Under the pieces are notes generated by a model. It saw only the letters and a program-made list of their open reading frames with translations. It was not told where the DNA came from and made no database searches. From Polyangiaceae bacterium (lineage in GTDB: Bacteria > Myxococcota_A > Polyangia > Polyangiales > Polyangiaceae), in NCBI GenBank assembly GCA_965222375.1, contig CBDCTZ010000016.1, forward strand, positions 2,304,001 to 2,368,000: a DNA stretch of 64,000 bases, read 5' to 3'. Position 1 is the first letter of the stretch, and every line of letters begins with the position of its first letter. The position numbers and the translations under genes were made by a program. This document shows, piece by piece, positions 10,428-20,327 of the stretch.

Positions 10428-12164
10428 TCAGCCTGGCGTAGGTGCTTTTTGGGGCGTCTTCGGGTCAGCGGCCCCGGGCTTTTTCGGCGCTTTGATAGCC
10501 GCTACAGCCTTCGCAACGATGTCCTTGGGCAGTCGTTCTTGCAGCTTGCAGGCGGGCCCGAAACCGGCCGCGCATGCGCGCACGACCAGGTCCGCGGCAC
10601 GAGGAATGTCGCGTTTCACGCCCTTGCCTTGCCCATACGCGACACCTGCGATCAGACAGGACTGGACCTCACCAAAGCGACACAACTTCTCCGCGCGCTC
10701 GGCGCCTTCGGCGATGCGCTCTTTCCCACCTTGCCCCAACACCAAGGCACGCGCGTGCATGCTGCATCCCTGCAGAGAACCCTGACCGCGACAGGACCGC
10801 TCCAAGATGGCGAGGCCCTTCTCCTTGTCCCGCTCCATGCCTTGGCCTTCAAGGAGCTGAGCGCCGTAGTAGGCGCAGCCGTTGCCGTCCCCGCCTTTGC
10901 AGCCTTTGCGGAACAGCTCGCCTGCTCGCGCTGCGTCGGGTTTTCCGTCTAGCCCCTGTACGATGAGTCCACCAAGTAGGGTGCAGCCGGGAGGAAAGCC
11001 GGCGTCACAAGCCGCGCGGGCCCGCTTCAGGGCGCTCTGTGGATTTTGCTTGATCGTGCTGCCGCCGGAAAGCTCGAAAAGGGCCAGGGTCGTACAGCCA
11101 TGGGGGCTACCCGCATCGCAGGCGTCTTGAACCAGCTTCGTGCCGCGCGAGATGTCTCGTTCGATCCCGCCGCCCCCCACGACCAGGGCGCGACCGTAGG
11201 CGGCGCAACCGTCGGGCAGCCCGTGGGAGCAGGCACGCTCGAAGTAGGTCACGGCCTTCTTCGCATCGGGCTTTCCCGCGCCGGCGCCAGCGTACATCTC
11301 TCCCAGAAGCGCGCAGCCCGCCGGCGGCGCGCGGTCACAGGCGCGCTCCAGGACACGCATGGCCCGTGGTGGATCGCGTTCGGCACCAATTCCCGACAGA
11401 TGGGCCATTCCGACGTAGGCGCATGCGTCCTCCAGTTCGCCGTCGCAGAACTCGCGGAACTTCTTCACGGCGCCCTCGGGGTTGCGCTGGACCCCTCCCT
11501 GGCCGTGGTACTGCAGCACTGCCAGACCCAAGCAGCCCCGCTTCTCGCCGCCATCACAGGCGGTCTTGAAGAACTTCTGTGACTTCGTGGCGTCGCGTTT
11601 CACGCCGATGCCATTCAGACTCGCCAGCCCAAGCAGCGCACAGCCCCGCTGCTCGCCAGCGTCACAGGCGCGCGTCGCGAGTTTTACTCCACGCTTTGGG
11701 TCGGCACCTTTGCCGCCGCGCCCGAATATGAGCAGGTGCCCAAGCCCGGCACAGCCCAGGGGGCTGCCGCCGTCGCACGCGCGGACGAAGTTCTTCTCCG
11801 CCGCCTCGGGGTCACGGGGCGTGCCGCGACCATTGTACTGCGCGCGTCCGAGCCGGGCACAGCCCTCGGCACTGTTGCCCGCGCAAGCCTTGTTCAAGAT
11901 CCGAACCGCCCGCAGGGCTTCTGAGTCCGACCCATCCGCGAGTGCTTTTCCCAACGCGAGGCAAGCTTTCGCATCGGGTGGTGTCGCTTTGCATAGGGTC
12001 GAGCACGCGAGTCTCTCACCATTCTGACAGGCGACCGCGAATTCCGCCGTGTCGCTATCGGCGGTGCTCTTGGCCCACATCCAGAACACGATGCCGACCG
12101 CCGCAGCGAACGTAAGCCCCACGGCCGTCCAGATCACGGGTTGGTTGGATTCTTCCTCGCTCAT
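10428..12164 (-). CDS. Sel1-like repeat membrane-anchored protein
   Basis: Many ACDxGxxxGCxxLG repeats after one TM helix. Confidence 0.85.
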   Translation of the reverse strand: MSEEESNQPVIWTAVGLTFAAAVGIVFWMWAKSTADSDTAEFAVACQNGERLACSTLCKATPPDAKACLALGKALADGSDSEALRAVRILNKACAGNSAEGCARLGRAQYNGRGTPRDPEAAEKNFVRACDGGSPLGCAGLGHLLIFGRGGKGADPKRGVKLATRACDAGEQRGCALLGLASLNGIGVKRDATKSQKFFKTACDGGEKRGCLGLAVLQYHGQGGVQRNPEGAVKKFREFCDGELEDACAYVGMAHLSGIGAERDPPRAMRVLERACDRAPPAGCALLGEMYAGAGAGKPDAKKAVTYFERACSHGLPDGCAAYGRALVVGGGGIERDISRGTKLVQDACDAGSPHGCTTLALFELSGGSTIKQNPQSALKRARAACDAGFPPGCTLLGGLIVQGLDGKPDAARAGELFRKGCKGGDGNGCAYYGAQLLEGQGMERDKEKGLAILERSCRGQGSLQGCSMHARALVLGQGGKERIAEGAERAEKLCRFGEVQSCLIAGVAYGQGKGVKRDIPRAADLVVRACAAGFGPACKLQERLPKDIVAKAVAAIKAPKKPGAADPKTPQKAPTPG

Positions 12165-12344
12165 TTTCGCCGGGACCCTAACGCCAGGAGCGCCACCCTG
12201 GGAAGCCTTGAAGGGGATCTGAAAGCTCAGCACGCCCATTTGGGGCGCCGCTCTGTTTTGGGGCGCTCAGGTCGAAGGCCAACCTGCTTTTTCCCGGCAA
12301 TTCGCTTGGCAATGTCTTTGCACTGGGATTCCGGAGGAGGTTGC

Positions 12345-13754
12345 ATGGACAACGACGCTGCCGCTGACACGCTTTCGGAGATTTCGAAATTGGTTTTTGG
12401 TCGAGAGTTCGGCGAGGCGCGCGAACGCGCCCGACGACTCTGGGCCAGCCTTTCGAAGAACGAAGATGCCGATCCTTTGCTTCGGGGTTGGGCACGCTTC
12501 TATGACTTCAAATGCAGCTACGAATTGTGCGACTACCGCGCGGCCTTCGACCTGATTAGCTCGCCCCCAGGCGTGCACTTCAGCATGACCGCCACCAACG
12601 TGGCTTGGATGTACTCGGTTGCCGCGGAACTCGCGATGCATCTGGGGCTGGCCCAGGAAGTCGTGCGCTTTGCGCAGCGCTGTTTGGAGCTGCGCCAGGG
12701 AGAATCGCATCGCGTCGCCCGCGCGCAGTGCCTCCAAACGGCATGTGTTCTACTTGCCGAGCTCCGCAGGGATGACCTCAACCTACCGTTTTCTCGCGAG
12801 CTCATCGACACATCCGAGCTCGCCGGTATCGAACTCCAGTTGCTTCGCGGCTGCCGCTATCTGATGGCGGCTTCTGAAACCCCGGCCAAGCAGGATCAAC
12901 ATCGATTGATTGGTGTGCTGCCGCGCCTCTCCCAGTTCTCGGATGACCGCGTTTCCGCTGAAGCCATCGAGTGCATTGCAGCGATTGAGCGCGCGCCTTG
13001 GTTTGAGCCAAGCCTGTCCCAAGGGTTGCGGAGGCGGCGCGAACATTGCGCCGTCATGTGCGAACTCGCCCGTCGGGGTGATGCGGGCAAACTGGAAAGC
13101 GTCTTGGCGAGTGATCCCGAAGTAGATCCCCGGGATGGCTGCGCGCGCAGCCCGCTGCACCACGCGGCTTTCGCAGGTCATGTTGCGGCGGTTCGAGTCC
13201 TGCTCGATGCTGGAGCTGAGGTTGACGCTCAGAACATCCAACGCCGTACGCCTCTCGTGCTCGCGGCAGACCAGGGCTACACCCACGTTGCTGCCTTGCT
13301 CCTCGACGCTGGCGCGGACCCCAACCTACTGGGGATTGCAGACCAAACGGCGCTGCACGTCGCTTGCTGGCAAGGGCACACCGACTGTGTGCGCTTGCTG
13401 CTCGCTCGCGGCGCAGACGTCGCGCTCGTGGACGCGACTGGCAACACCGCACTCACCTTGACGGCTACGGAGCCCCAGCCGACGGTAGTCGAGATGTTGG
13501 TGCGGGCGGGAGCCAGTGTGAATCAGACGACCAAGCTGGGTCACACGCCCCTGATGAAGGCAGCCATGGAAGGGCAGTCGCGCGTCGTCGAAGTGCTGCT
13601 AGCTCTAGACGCGGACCCGAGCCGACGCGATTGTCACGGCTTGAGCGCACGGGACTGGGCGGAGCGGGAGGGGCACTCGCCGGTAGTGGCGCTGCTGGCC
13701 GATGCGAAACGAGCCAAGCGCGAGAACGGGCACGCGACATTGCGGCTTGGCTGA
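12345..13754 (+). CDS. Ankyrin-repeat protein with N-terminal helical domain
   Basis: SPLHHAA, TPLVLAA, TALHVAC, TPLMKAA repeats; GGAGGAGG RBS before ATG 12345. Confidence 0.85.
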   Translation: MDNDAAADTLSEISKLVFGREFGEARERARRLWASLSKNEDADPLLRGWARFYDFKCSYELCDYRAAFDLISSPPGVHFSMTATNVAWMYSVAAELAMHLGLAQEVVRFAQRCLELRQGESHRVARAQCLQTACVLLAELRRDDLNLPFSRELIDTSELAGIELQLLRGCRYLMAASETPAKQDQHRLIGVLPRLSQFSDDRVSAEAIECIAAIERAPWFEPSLSQGLRRRREHCAVMCELARRGDAGKLESVLASDPEVDPRDGCARSPLHHAAFAGHVAAVRVLLDAGAEVDAQNIQRRTPLVLAADQGYTHVAALLLDAGADPNLLGIADQTALHVACWQGHTDCVRLLLARGADVALVDATGNTALTLTATEPQPTVVEMLVRAGASVNQTTKLGHTPLMKAAMEGQSRVVEVLLALDADPSRRDCHGLSARDWAEREGHSPVVALLADAKRAKRENGHATLRLG

Positions 13755-13773
13755 CGCCGGGTTGTGCGATTGG

Positions 13774-14340
13774 TCAGCTACCAGGCAAACACCAGTTGTC
13801 CGGGCTGCCGCTGAAGTTGATGGGAACGCAGCTCTTCATGCCATCTGGGCAGTCTGCCGGGGTGGTGCAGGTATTGGAGCAGCGATATGCGCTACCTACC
13901 TCGACGCAAACTGCGGAGGCACAATCGCCCTCGCCGGTGCAGGGGTCTCCGACGGCGCCCTTGCCACGCAATCCGGTGACGCAGCAGGGCACGGGCGCCA
14001 GCTCGGTGCCGAGATTCTGGCATCGCTGGTCACTGGCACACTCGAAGTTAGAGAAACATTCCTTCGCACTCAGCTCCGTGCAGTTCGAGATGGGCGCTGC
14101 ATCCGCGCCTGCGTCCGCGCCGCCAAAGCCCGAAGCGCCACCGCTAGCGGCGCCGCTGCCACCTGCGCTCCCGCCGCTGGCCGCTGCTGCGGTGCCTCCG
14201 CTTCCTCCGCTGGGCACTCCGCCGCTCGCGTTCCCCCCGCTCGCGAAAGCGCCGCCCGTCCCTCCAGCGCCGGGCTTCGGGTCATCGGCACTGCACGCTG
14301 ACAGCAGCAGCCCGAGCAACAGTCCCGAGGTGATTCGCAT
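13774..14340 (-). CDS. Cys-rich lipoprotein with Gly linker
   Basis: LLSAC lipobox, Gly/Ser/Ala linker, Cys-rich C-terminus. Confidence 0.7.
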   Translation of the reverse strand: MRITSGLLLGLLLSACSADDPKPGAGGTGGAFASGGNASGGVPSGGSGGTAAAASGGSAGGSGAASGGASGFGGADAGADAAPISNCTELSAKECFSNFECASDQRCQNLGTELAPVPCCVTGLRGKGAVGDPCTGEGDCASAVCVEVGSAYRCSNTCTTPADCPDGMKSCVPINFSGSPDNWCLPGS

Positions 14341-14375
14341 GCACTGAGTGTACAAGGTGCTACGGTCGGCTGCAC

Positions 14376-15953
14376 ATGGCGAAGCCGTCCGAAGCCCAGC
14401 TCGGCGCTGCCTGCGCGGATTGGGAGCGTGCCCTCGGGCCGGGCCATGTGATTCGGGAGGCTGCACCACTTCGAGCGGCGGCGACGGCAACGTTCGCGAC
14501 CTCCGCTCGAGTCTGCGCCATCATCCGCCCAAGTTCTACCGATGAAGTTCGCGAGTCGTTGCGCATCGCTACGCGCCACGGCGTACCTGTCTATCCCACG
14601 AGTCGCGGCGCGAATTGGGGGCTCGGCTCACGGGTGCCTGTCAAGGACGCTGTGTTGTTGGATCTGGGGCGAATGGAGGCGATCACGGACTACGATGACG
14701 AGCTTGGCTGCGTCAGCGTACAGCCGGGAGTCACCTTTCAGTCGCTATTCGAGTTCTTGAAGCGCAACTCCTCGCGCCATTCTCTCAACGTCATCGGTGG
14801 TAGCCCGCACGCCAGCGTGTTGGCAAACGCTCTCGAGCGGGGTGACGGCAGCGGGCCCAATGCCTACCGATTCGATCACGTGGCCAACCTCGAAGTCGTG
14901 TTGCCGAGCGGGGAGCTACTCCACACAGGTTTTGGCCGCTGGGGATCGGGCGACCTTGGCGCTCTGCACCGATACGGCGTCGGTCCGTCTCTGGACGGAC
15001 TGTTTTCCCAAAGCAATCTAGGCGTCGTTACCCGAATCACGCTGTGGTTGGCTCGAACGCCGAACGCGTTGGCCGCGATTCGGTTTCGCTTTCGCGATGC
15101 CCACGCTCTGGCGCCGGTCGTGGATGCGATTCGCGATCTGCGGCGCGAGGGCACGCTGCGAAGCGGCTCCGCATTGAGCAACGATCTCCGAGTGCTCTCG
15201 ACGTCCCGCCAGTATCCCTGGGAACTCACCGGTGGTCGCACGCCAATCAGCGCCGCAGAGCGCAGCTCTCTTCGGGACGAACTGGGTGGGGTTCGCTGGT
15301 TTGGTTTGAGCTCCGTATTCGCGGCATCCCCGGAGCAGCGTGACGCCAACGTGGCCCGGGTGCGCGCGCGACTAGCTCCCCTAGTGGAGGGTTTGGACGT
15401 GACTGAGCTGGACGGAGACCGGCCTGCGGATGGACAGTTCGGTCCAGAACCGGCTTTCAAGTTCCTGTTGGGCATGCCCCACGAAGCCAGCATGCGCAGC
15501 ATGTACTTCCGAAAACGCGGTGCAATCCCGTCTGTGATGAAACCGGATCAAGACGATGTTGGCGTGTTGTGGGCCTGCCCAACCGCCGCCTTTCGCGGCG
15601 CGGACGTGGAGCGCGCCGTCGAGTTGCTGGAGAGCGTGTTTGCCGAGCATGGCTTTGAACCCCTGCTCGTCATCGCTGCGCCCGTCGAACGCGTGGTGTT
15701 TCCGGTGCCGCTCATCATCTACGATCGCGCGATCGAGGGGGAGGATGAGCGTGCGCTTGCCTGCCACGATGACATGCTGAGCAAGCTCGTTGCCGATGGC
15801 TTCTTGCCCCACCGCCTCGGAATTCAGTCCATGAACGCGCTTCCGAAAAGCCGCGACGACTTCGACCTGATTCTACATCGGCTCAAGCGGTTGCTCGATC
15901 CGGCCCTGGTGCTGGCACCAGGGCGCTACGACTTCGGGGCCGAATCGGATTGA
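14376..15953 (+). CDS. FAD-linked oxidase (VAO/p-cresol methylhydroxylase flavoprotein-like)
   Basis: PTSRGANWGLGS, VQPGVTF, GPSLDGLFSQSNLGVVT, LDPALVLAPGRY. Confidence 0.85.
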   Translation: MAKPSEAQLGAACADWERALGPGHVIREAAPLRAAATATFATSARVCAIIRPSSTDEVRESLRIATRHGVPVYPTSRGANWGLGSRVPVKDAVLLDLGRMEAITDYDDELGCVSVQPGVTFQSLFEFLKRNSSRHSLNVIGGSPHASVLANALERGDGSGPNAYRFDHVANLEVVLPSGELLHTGFGRWGSGDLGALHRYGVGPSLDGLFSQSNLGVVTRITLWLARTPNALAAIRFRFRDAHALAPVVDAIRDLRREGTLRSGSALSNDLRVLSTSRQYPWELTGGRTPISAAERSSLRDELGGVRWFGLSSVFAASPEQRDANVARVRARLAPLVEGLDVTELDGDRPADGQFGPEPAFKFLLGMPHEASMRSMYFRKRGAIPSVMKPDQDDVGVLWACPTAAFRGADVERAVELLESVFAEHGFEPLLVIAAPVERVVFPVPLIIYDRAIEGEDERALACHDDMLSKLVADGFLPHRLGIQSMNALPKSRDDFDLILHRLKRLLDPALVLAPGRYDFGAESD

Positions 15954-17107
15954 CCCGCACCGACCCAGCCGCAGCTGCCACGGAGCAACTGGTGCAGCGC
16001 CTGCGCCTAGAGGCGGCGCTGCCGGTGGATTGGTCGGTACTCGATTGGGACGTCGACCATGGCCCGAGCATTACCCTCGTTGCCGGAGACGATGTTCTGC
16101 TCGTCGAACTATCCGCTCGAAGTGAGACGACTCCTTGCTTGGCGCGAACTGAGCGGTTCAACCTGAACGCACGGGATCCCTTTTTCGAGGGTCGCGCCCT
16201 GGGCCCGACGCTACGGACTGCCTTCGACGCTCTGGTCCGGGTTGTTCGACAATGGGAGCGCAGCTTGCCCAGTTTGGAACGCGACGTGGACGAAAGCGCC
16301 AAGTGCCACGTGCGTGAGGTGCGCGTGCGCCGCGCCCTGGTTCGCGAAGGGCGTGGTCAGTACTACCTGAACCCCTACGTCGGCTGCACGATTGGCTGCA
16401 GCTTCTGCTTCGTAGAAGAGCCGGCAGATCTCTCCCGCAGCCTCTCCGGGCTCCCCCGTAAGGCGTGGGGAGGATGGGTTGACGTGAAAGACAATCTTCC
16501 GGAGGTACTGCTCGAGGAAGTCGCCCGCTTCGAACCTGGAGTGGTGCGGCTCAGTCCGGTCGTTACGGATCCCTACCAGCCGTTGGAACGTCGACACCGA
16601 ATTACGCGACGCTGCCTGCAGGTCCTGCTCGACCATGGGTTTTCGCCCTGCGTTCTGACCCGAGCCGTGCGAATTGCCGAGGACATCCCCCTACTCGCCA
16701 AATTCGAGCGGGCTTGGGTCGGGCTATCCGTTCCGACAGATGACGACGGCATTCGGCACGCCTTCGAGCCCGGCGCAGATCCCATCGAGGCGCGACTATC
16801 GACTCTGGAAGCTTGTCAGCGTGCGGGCCTCGACACCTTTGCCGTGATCCAGCCCATGTTGCCCATGGAACCCAAGCGCCTCGTGGAACGCCTAGCGCCT
16901 CGAGTTCGGGTCGTGCGCATCGATCGGATGCACCTGGAAGACCGCGTTCAGTCCATCTACGCGCGTACGGGCACTCTGCACTGCACGCGCCCCGAGTGGT
17001 TTTCGGAGACGCGCCGGGAGTTGGTTCGCGGCTTCGAGGCGCGTGGGGTCGTCGTTGACGATCTGGAAGACCTGCAAGTGCTCTTCGCCAAGACGGCGGC
17101 CCGCTAG
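15950..17107 (+). CDS. Radical SAM protein (SPL-like) with N-terminal extension
   Basis: NPYVGCTIGCSFC (CxxxCxxC), TDPYQPLE; overlaps the oxidase stop. Confidence 0.85.
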   Translation: MTRTDPAAAATEQLVQRLRLEAALPVDWSVLDWDVDHGPSITLVAGDDVLLVELSARSETTPCLARTERFNLNARDPFFEGRALGPTLRTAFDALVRVVRQWERSLPSLERDVDESAKCHVREVRVRRALVREGRGQYYLNPYVGCTIGCSFCFVEEPADLSRSLSGLPRKAWGGWVDVKDNLPEVLLEEVARFEPGVVRLSPVVTDPYQPLERRHRITRRCLQVLLDHGFSPCVLTRAVRIAEDIPLLAKFERAWVGLSVPTDDDGIRHAFEPGADPIEARLSTLEACQRAGLDTFAVIQPMLPMEPKRLVERLAPRVRVVRIDRMHLEDRVQSIYARTGTLHCTRPEWFSETRRELVRGFEARGVVVDDLEDLQVLFAKTAAR

Positions 17108-17131
17108 CGAACGCGATCAGCAGCCCGTGGC

Positions 17132-17626
17132 TCAGAGCTTGACGCCTAGCGCCTTGGATACGGGGTCCAGCACGCGCTGCCGGGTCGCCATTCGGAAAAA
17201 GAAGATCAAGATCGCGTGGCCCAACACGGGCGTCATCAGCAGCGCGGGTGAGGCGCCCTTCGCAATGGTGTAGATGAAGCCCGCCCAGATGATCGCCAGC
17301 AGGACGAAGGCCGGCAGGGGTTGGCGCATGTCTAGGCGCAGGGTGGAGCCATCGCCGCGGGCAGTGACAGCGCCGTATACGATGACGAGGGCTCGCTCGT
17401 GCCGCACGTAGTTCGACGCAACCCCGGACGTGGGGATGCGTACGGCGAGCTGCAAGCGACCTTTCTCGATTTCCCCGCGGAAGGGTTTGTCGTCGCTGGT
17501 ACTCGTCTGCTCACCGGCTATCAGCGTGCTCAACTTGCCTACGGTCTCGTCCACCGTTGACGGAAGATCGATCACCTGACTGCGAAGGGGCAGCACGAAG
17601 GGATCGAAGTCGGAGCGTTTGGTCAC
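17132..17626 (-). CDS. Hypothetical membrane protein
   Basis: 164-aa ORF with two C-terminal hydrophobic helices. Confidence 0.55.
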   Translation of the reverse strand: MTKRSDFDPFVLPLRSQVIDLPSTVDETVGKLSTLIAGEQTSTSDDKPFRGEIEKGRLQLAVRIPTSGVASNYVRHERALVIVYGAVTARGDGSTLRLDMRQPLPAFVLLAIIWAGFIYTIAKGASPALLMTPVLGHAILIFFFRMATRQRVLDPVSKALGVKL

Positions 17627-17701
17627 GCGACGCAGCCTAGTCCCCCGGGGCGCGAAGGAAAGCGAATCGATATCGGAGCCTGCGGGTGGCTGCCCCCAGG
17701 C

Positions 17702-19012
17702 TTATTGCAGGGTGGAATTCGTGACCGTGACGTCCTTCGCGATCACGAAGATCCCGGGGTAGCCCTTGGTCTCGAAGCCAGCGCTGGGATTGTTGCTGAG
17801 CACCGAGTCTTTGATCACCAGGAAACCGCTCTTGTCGTTGCTGACGAAGAAGATCGCGCCGCCGCCTTCATTGGCCGTGTTGTCGTTCATCTGCACACCG
17901 CAGAGGGTCAGAGTGAACGTGTTGCCGTCGTTGTAGATCGCGCCGCCGCTGCCGCCACCTGGCGTGTTCGGTTTCGCCGGGTTGGCACCCTTGCCGATGG
18001 CTTGGTTGTGGGAAAACAGACTGTTGAGCACCGTGTAGGAAACCCCGATGCTGGAAAGGCCGCCGCCGTTGGAGCAGACGCCGCCCAGGTTGGGCCCGCC
18101 CCCGAAGGTGCTGTTCACCACGTACACGGGCAGGCCGTTGTACTGGCTCAAGGTGCGGATCGCCGCGCCGCCGACATCTGGCCCCACGGCGTCACAGGCG
18201 TTGTTGAAAAAGCGGCTGTTGATGATCTTGAAGCGTCCGCCACGCACGAAAATGGCGCCGCCGCCCTCCGGTGTCTGGCCCGAAGCGTTGCCATCGACGA
18301 AGGTCAGGTTCTGCACCGTGAGCTGGGGGTGGTCCTGGTTTTGACAGTGGGAGGTGGTCCACTTCTGATTCTTGTCGCAGGTGTTCATGTACAGGATGCG
18401 GCGCTTGCCGTCGCCGCTCAGAGTGACCTTGCCGCCGCCGTCAATGACGATCTTCGGTCCTGTATCGTTGAAGATCTTCGCGGTCTGAGTGAGCTTGATG
18501 GTGACCGGCGCAGGGCCACAGTTGAACGTGATGACGCCGCCCTTCGCAACTGCGGCAACGAATGCGGCTGAGGTGCAGCTTACGGCAGTGCCGGTTCCAA
18601 CGACCGTCGTGGGTTTGGAAACATCTTCGGGTTGCGCGCCTGCCGGCACCGCGCACTTGCCGTTTGGATTGCCCGGCGGTGGCAAGCCGGTGCCGCCCGT
18701 GCCCCCGGTACCCGGCGACCCGCCCGTTGCCGGGGAACCGCCCTTCGCTGGTGAGCCCCCCGTCGCGGCGCTTCCGCCGGTCGCTGTGGAGCCGCCACTT
18801 GCGGTCGCGCCACCGGTCGCCGTTGAGCCCCCGGTGGCCGTGCCCGCGCCGCCCGCGCTCCCTCCAGCGCCGCTGCCTCCCGAGCCCGCACCGCCACCCA
18901 CGGCTGCCCCCGCAGCTCCCCCGGCCCCCGGCGTCGAGCCGCTATCTTCTCCACAACCGGCGCAGAGCGCCAACATGAACGGCAACGCAAGATGCTTGGT
19001 GTATCGGTGCAT
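17702..19012 (-). CDS. Lipoprotein with parallel beta-helix (GGAI/FxxN repeats)
   Basis: LCAGC lipobox, Gly/Thr linker, repeated GGAI motifs. Confidence 0.75.
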   Translation of the reverse strand: MHRYTKHLALPFMLALCAGCGEDSGSTPGAGGAAGAAVGGGAGSGGSGAGGSAGGAGTATGGSTATGGATASGGSTATGGSAATGGSPAKGGSPATGGSPGTGGTGGTGLPPPGNPNGKCAVPAGAQPEDVSKPTTVVGTGTAVSCTSAAFVAAVAKGGVITFNCGPAPVTIKLTQTAKIFNDTGPKIVIDGGGKVTLSGDGKRRILYMNTCDKNQKWTTSHCQNQDHPQLTVQNLTFVDGNASGQTPEGGGAIFVRGGRFKIINSRFFNNACDAVGPDVGGAAIRTLSQYNGLPVYVVNSTFGGGPNLGGVCSNGGGLSSIGVSYTVLNSLFSHNQAIGKGANPAKPNTPGGGSGGAIYNDGNTFTLTLCGVQMNDNTANEGGGAIFFVSNDKSGFLVIKDSVLSNNPSAGFETKGYPGIFVIAKDVTVTNSTLQ

Positions 19013-19181
19013 GGCTGGCTCCCTGTACTCCGAGTATAGCGCTGCGGCCGCCACGCGCGCATATCGCCGCAGTTTCTCGGGTGTTCGGAAAATCCGACCC
19101 ACGGGAAACATCGGGTGTTATGGTCTGGCCGCTTTCTCGCACTAGGGGAAGCAGACGCTTGTGCAAGAAGGAGCGACTAGG

Positions 19182-19772
19182 ATGCGGTTAGCGAGTGGAG
19201 TGCGGTCTCTGAGTATTCCGGTGATGGTTGTCGCGGTAGCGTTGCTCGCCTGCAAGAAGAAGAAGGCGCCGCCGCCGACCACCAGGTCTCCCCTGCCCAT
19301 TCCGACGAAGACGGCACCTGTGCTCCCCGAGACGCCGAAGGGCAAGTTGAAGCTCAAGCAAGCAGCGAAGCTCGACGGCGTGACGCTCACAGTGGAGGAG
19401 TTCAAGGACTGCCGCCTGTCGAACTTCTACAGCCGGCGGAGCCTCAAGCGGAAGAAAGAGAAGCTCATCGGAGTCAACGTCATCTTCGAGGGCAACGGCG
19501 AAAAGGACCACAACGTTTCCTACACCCAATTCAAAGTGAAAGACCCGGAGGGCATGACCTTCCGTTCGATCATTCGCTCCGGCAGCGACTGCAATCCGAC
19601 GTTGAAATCAGGCCGAGTGGGTCAGGGTGAGAAGACTCGAGGCTGGGTGCTGTTTTCGGTTCCCCAAACCGTGGAAAACGTAGAGGTGGTCTTCACCAAT
19701 CGCCGCCCCTACCGCACCGGCACACCTTCTAGCGAGCGCGAGCAGAAGGTCACCTTCGACCCCAGCAGCTGA
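19182..19772 (+). CDS. DUF4352-like lipoprotein
   Basis: LLAC lipobox, FKVKD...GEKTRGWVLFSVP. Confidence 0.6.
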   Translation: MRLASGVRSLSIPVMVVAVALLACKKKKAPPPTTRSPLPIPTKTAPVLPETPKGKLKLKQAAKLDGVTLTVEEFKDCRLSNFYSRRSLKRKKEKLIGVNVIFEGNGEKDHNVSYTQFKVKDPEGMTFRSIIRSGSDCNPTLKSGRVGQGEKTRGWVLFSVPQTVENVEVVFTNRRPYRTGTPSSEREQKVTFDPSS

Positions 19773-19808
19773 GCCAATAGCGGCTCGCGCGCGTGTCCGT
19801 GGGGTTGG

Positions 19809-20129
19809 TCAGGATGCGCGGCCGACGTAGCCGATCAGCGCGACCAGGGCGCGCTGATCGAGCTGCAGGAAGCGCACTCCTGCGTTCTGACCGTTGATCC
19901 ACATGACTTCAGCGCGGGTCACGAAGGTCCGCCCCAGGCCCAAGGACAGCTCGCACTCGATCTCCGCGCCGGCGTCGACGCCGGCGAGCCCCGAGAGGTT
20001 CAGGCCGCCCACCGAGACGTTGTTGGCTCTCGTCACGCAGGTCTCGCCGGCGCGAGTCACCCGCACATCGCTTTCGAGGGGGACCCGCCGGTGGGCCCGG
20101 CGCTCTGATGGAGGCGCGAGCATGGCCAT
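19809..20129 (-). CDS. PilZ domain protein
   Basis: ERRAHRR (RxxxR) and NVSVGG (D/NxSxxG). Confidence 0.85.
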   Translation of the reverse strand: MAMLAPPSERRAHRRVPLESDVRVTRAGETCVTRANNVSVGGLNLSGLAGVDAGAEIECELSLGLGRTFVTRAEVMWINGQNAGVRFLQLDQRALVALIGYVGRAS

Positions 20130-20327
20130 GACGCTTCACGGTTTCTGCAAAGTTTGGTCCATTCTCGCGCAGCTGAAAAAGTGAGGGGTTCGCGAATTGA
20201 ACTGATTTCCCGCTACGAAAACTTTTCAAGGCTGCGCAGGATTTCAATGCCCTGTCAGGCCCGCAGAAGCCGCTACTGAAAGCGAGGTCAGGGGGCCCAC
20301 GCGCACCCGCCGCCGCTTCCTACCGAC

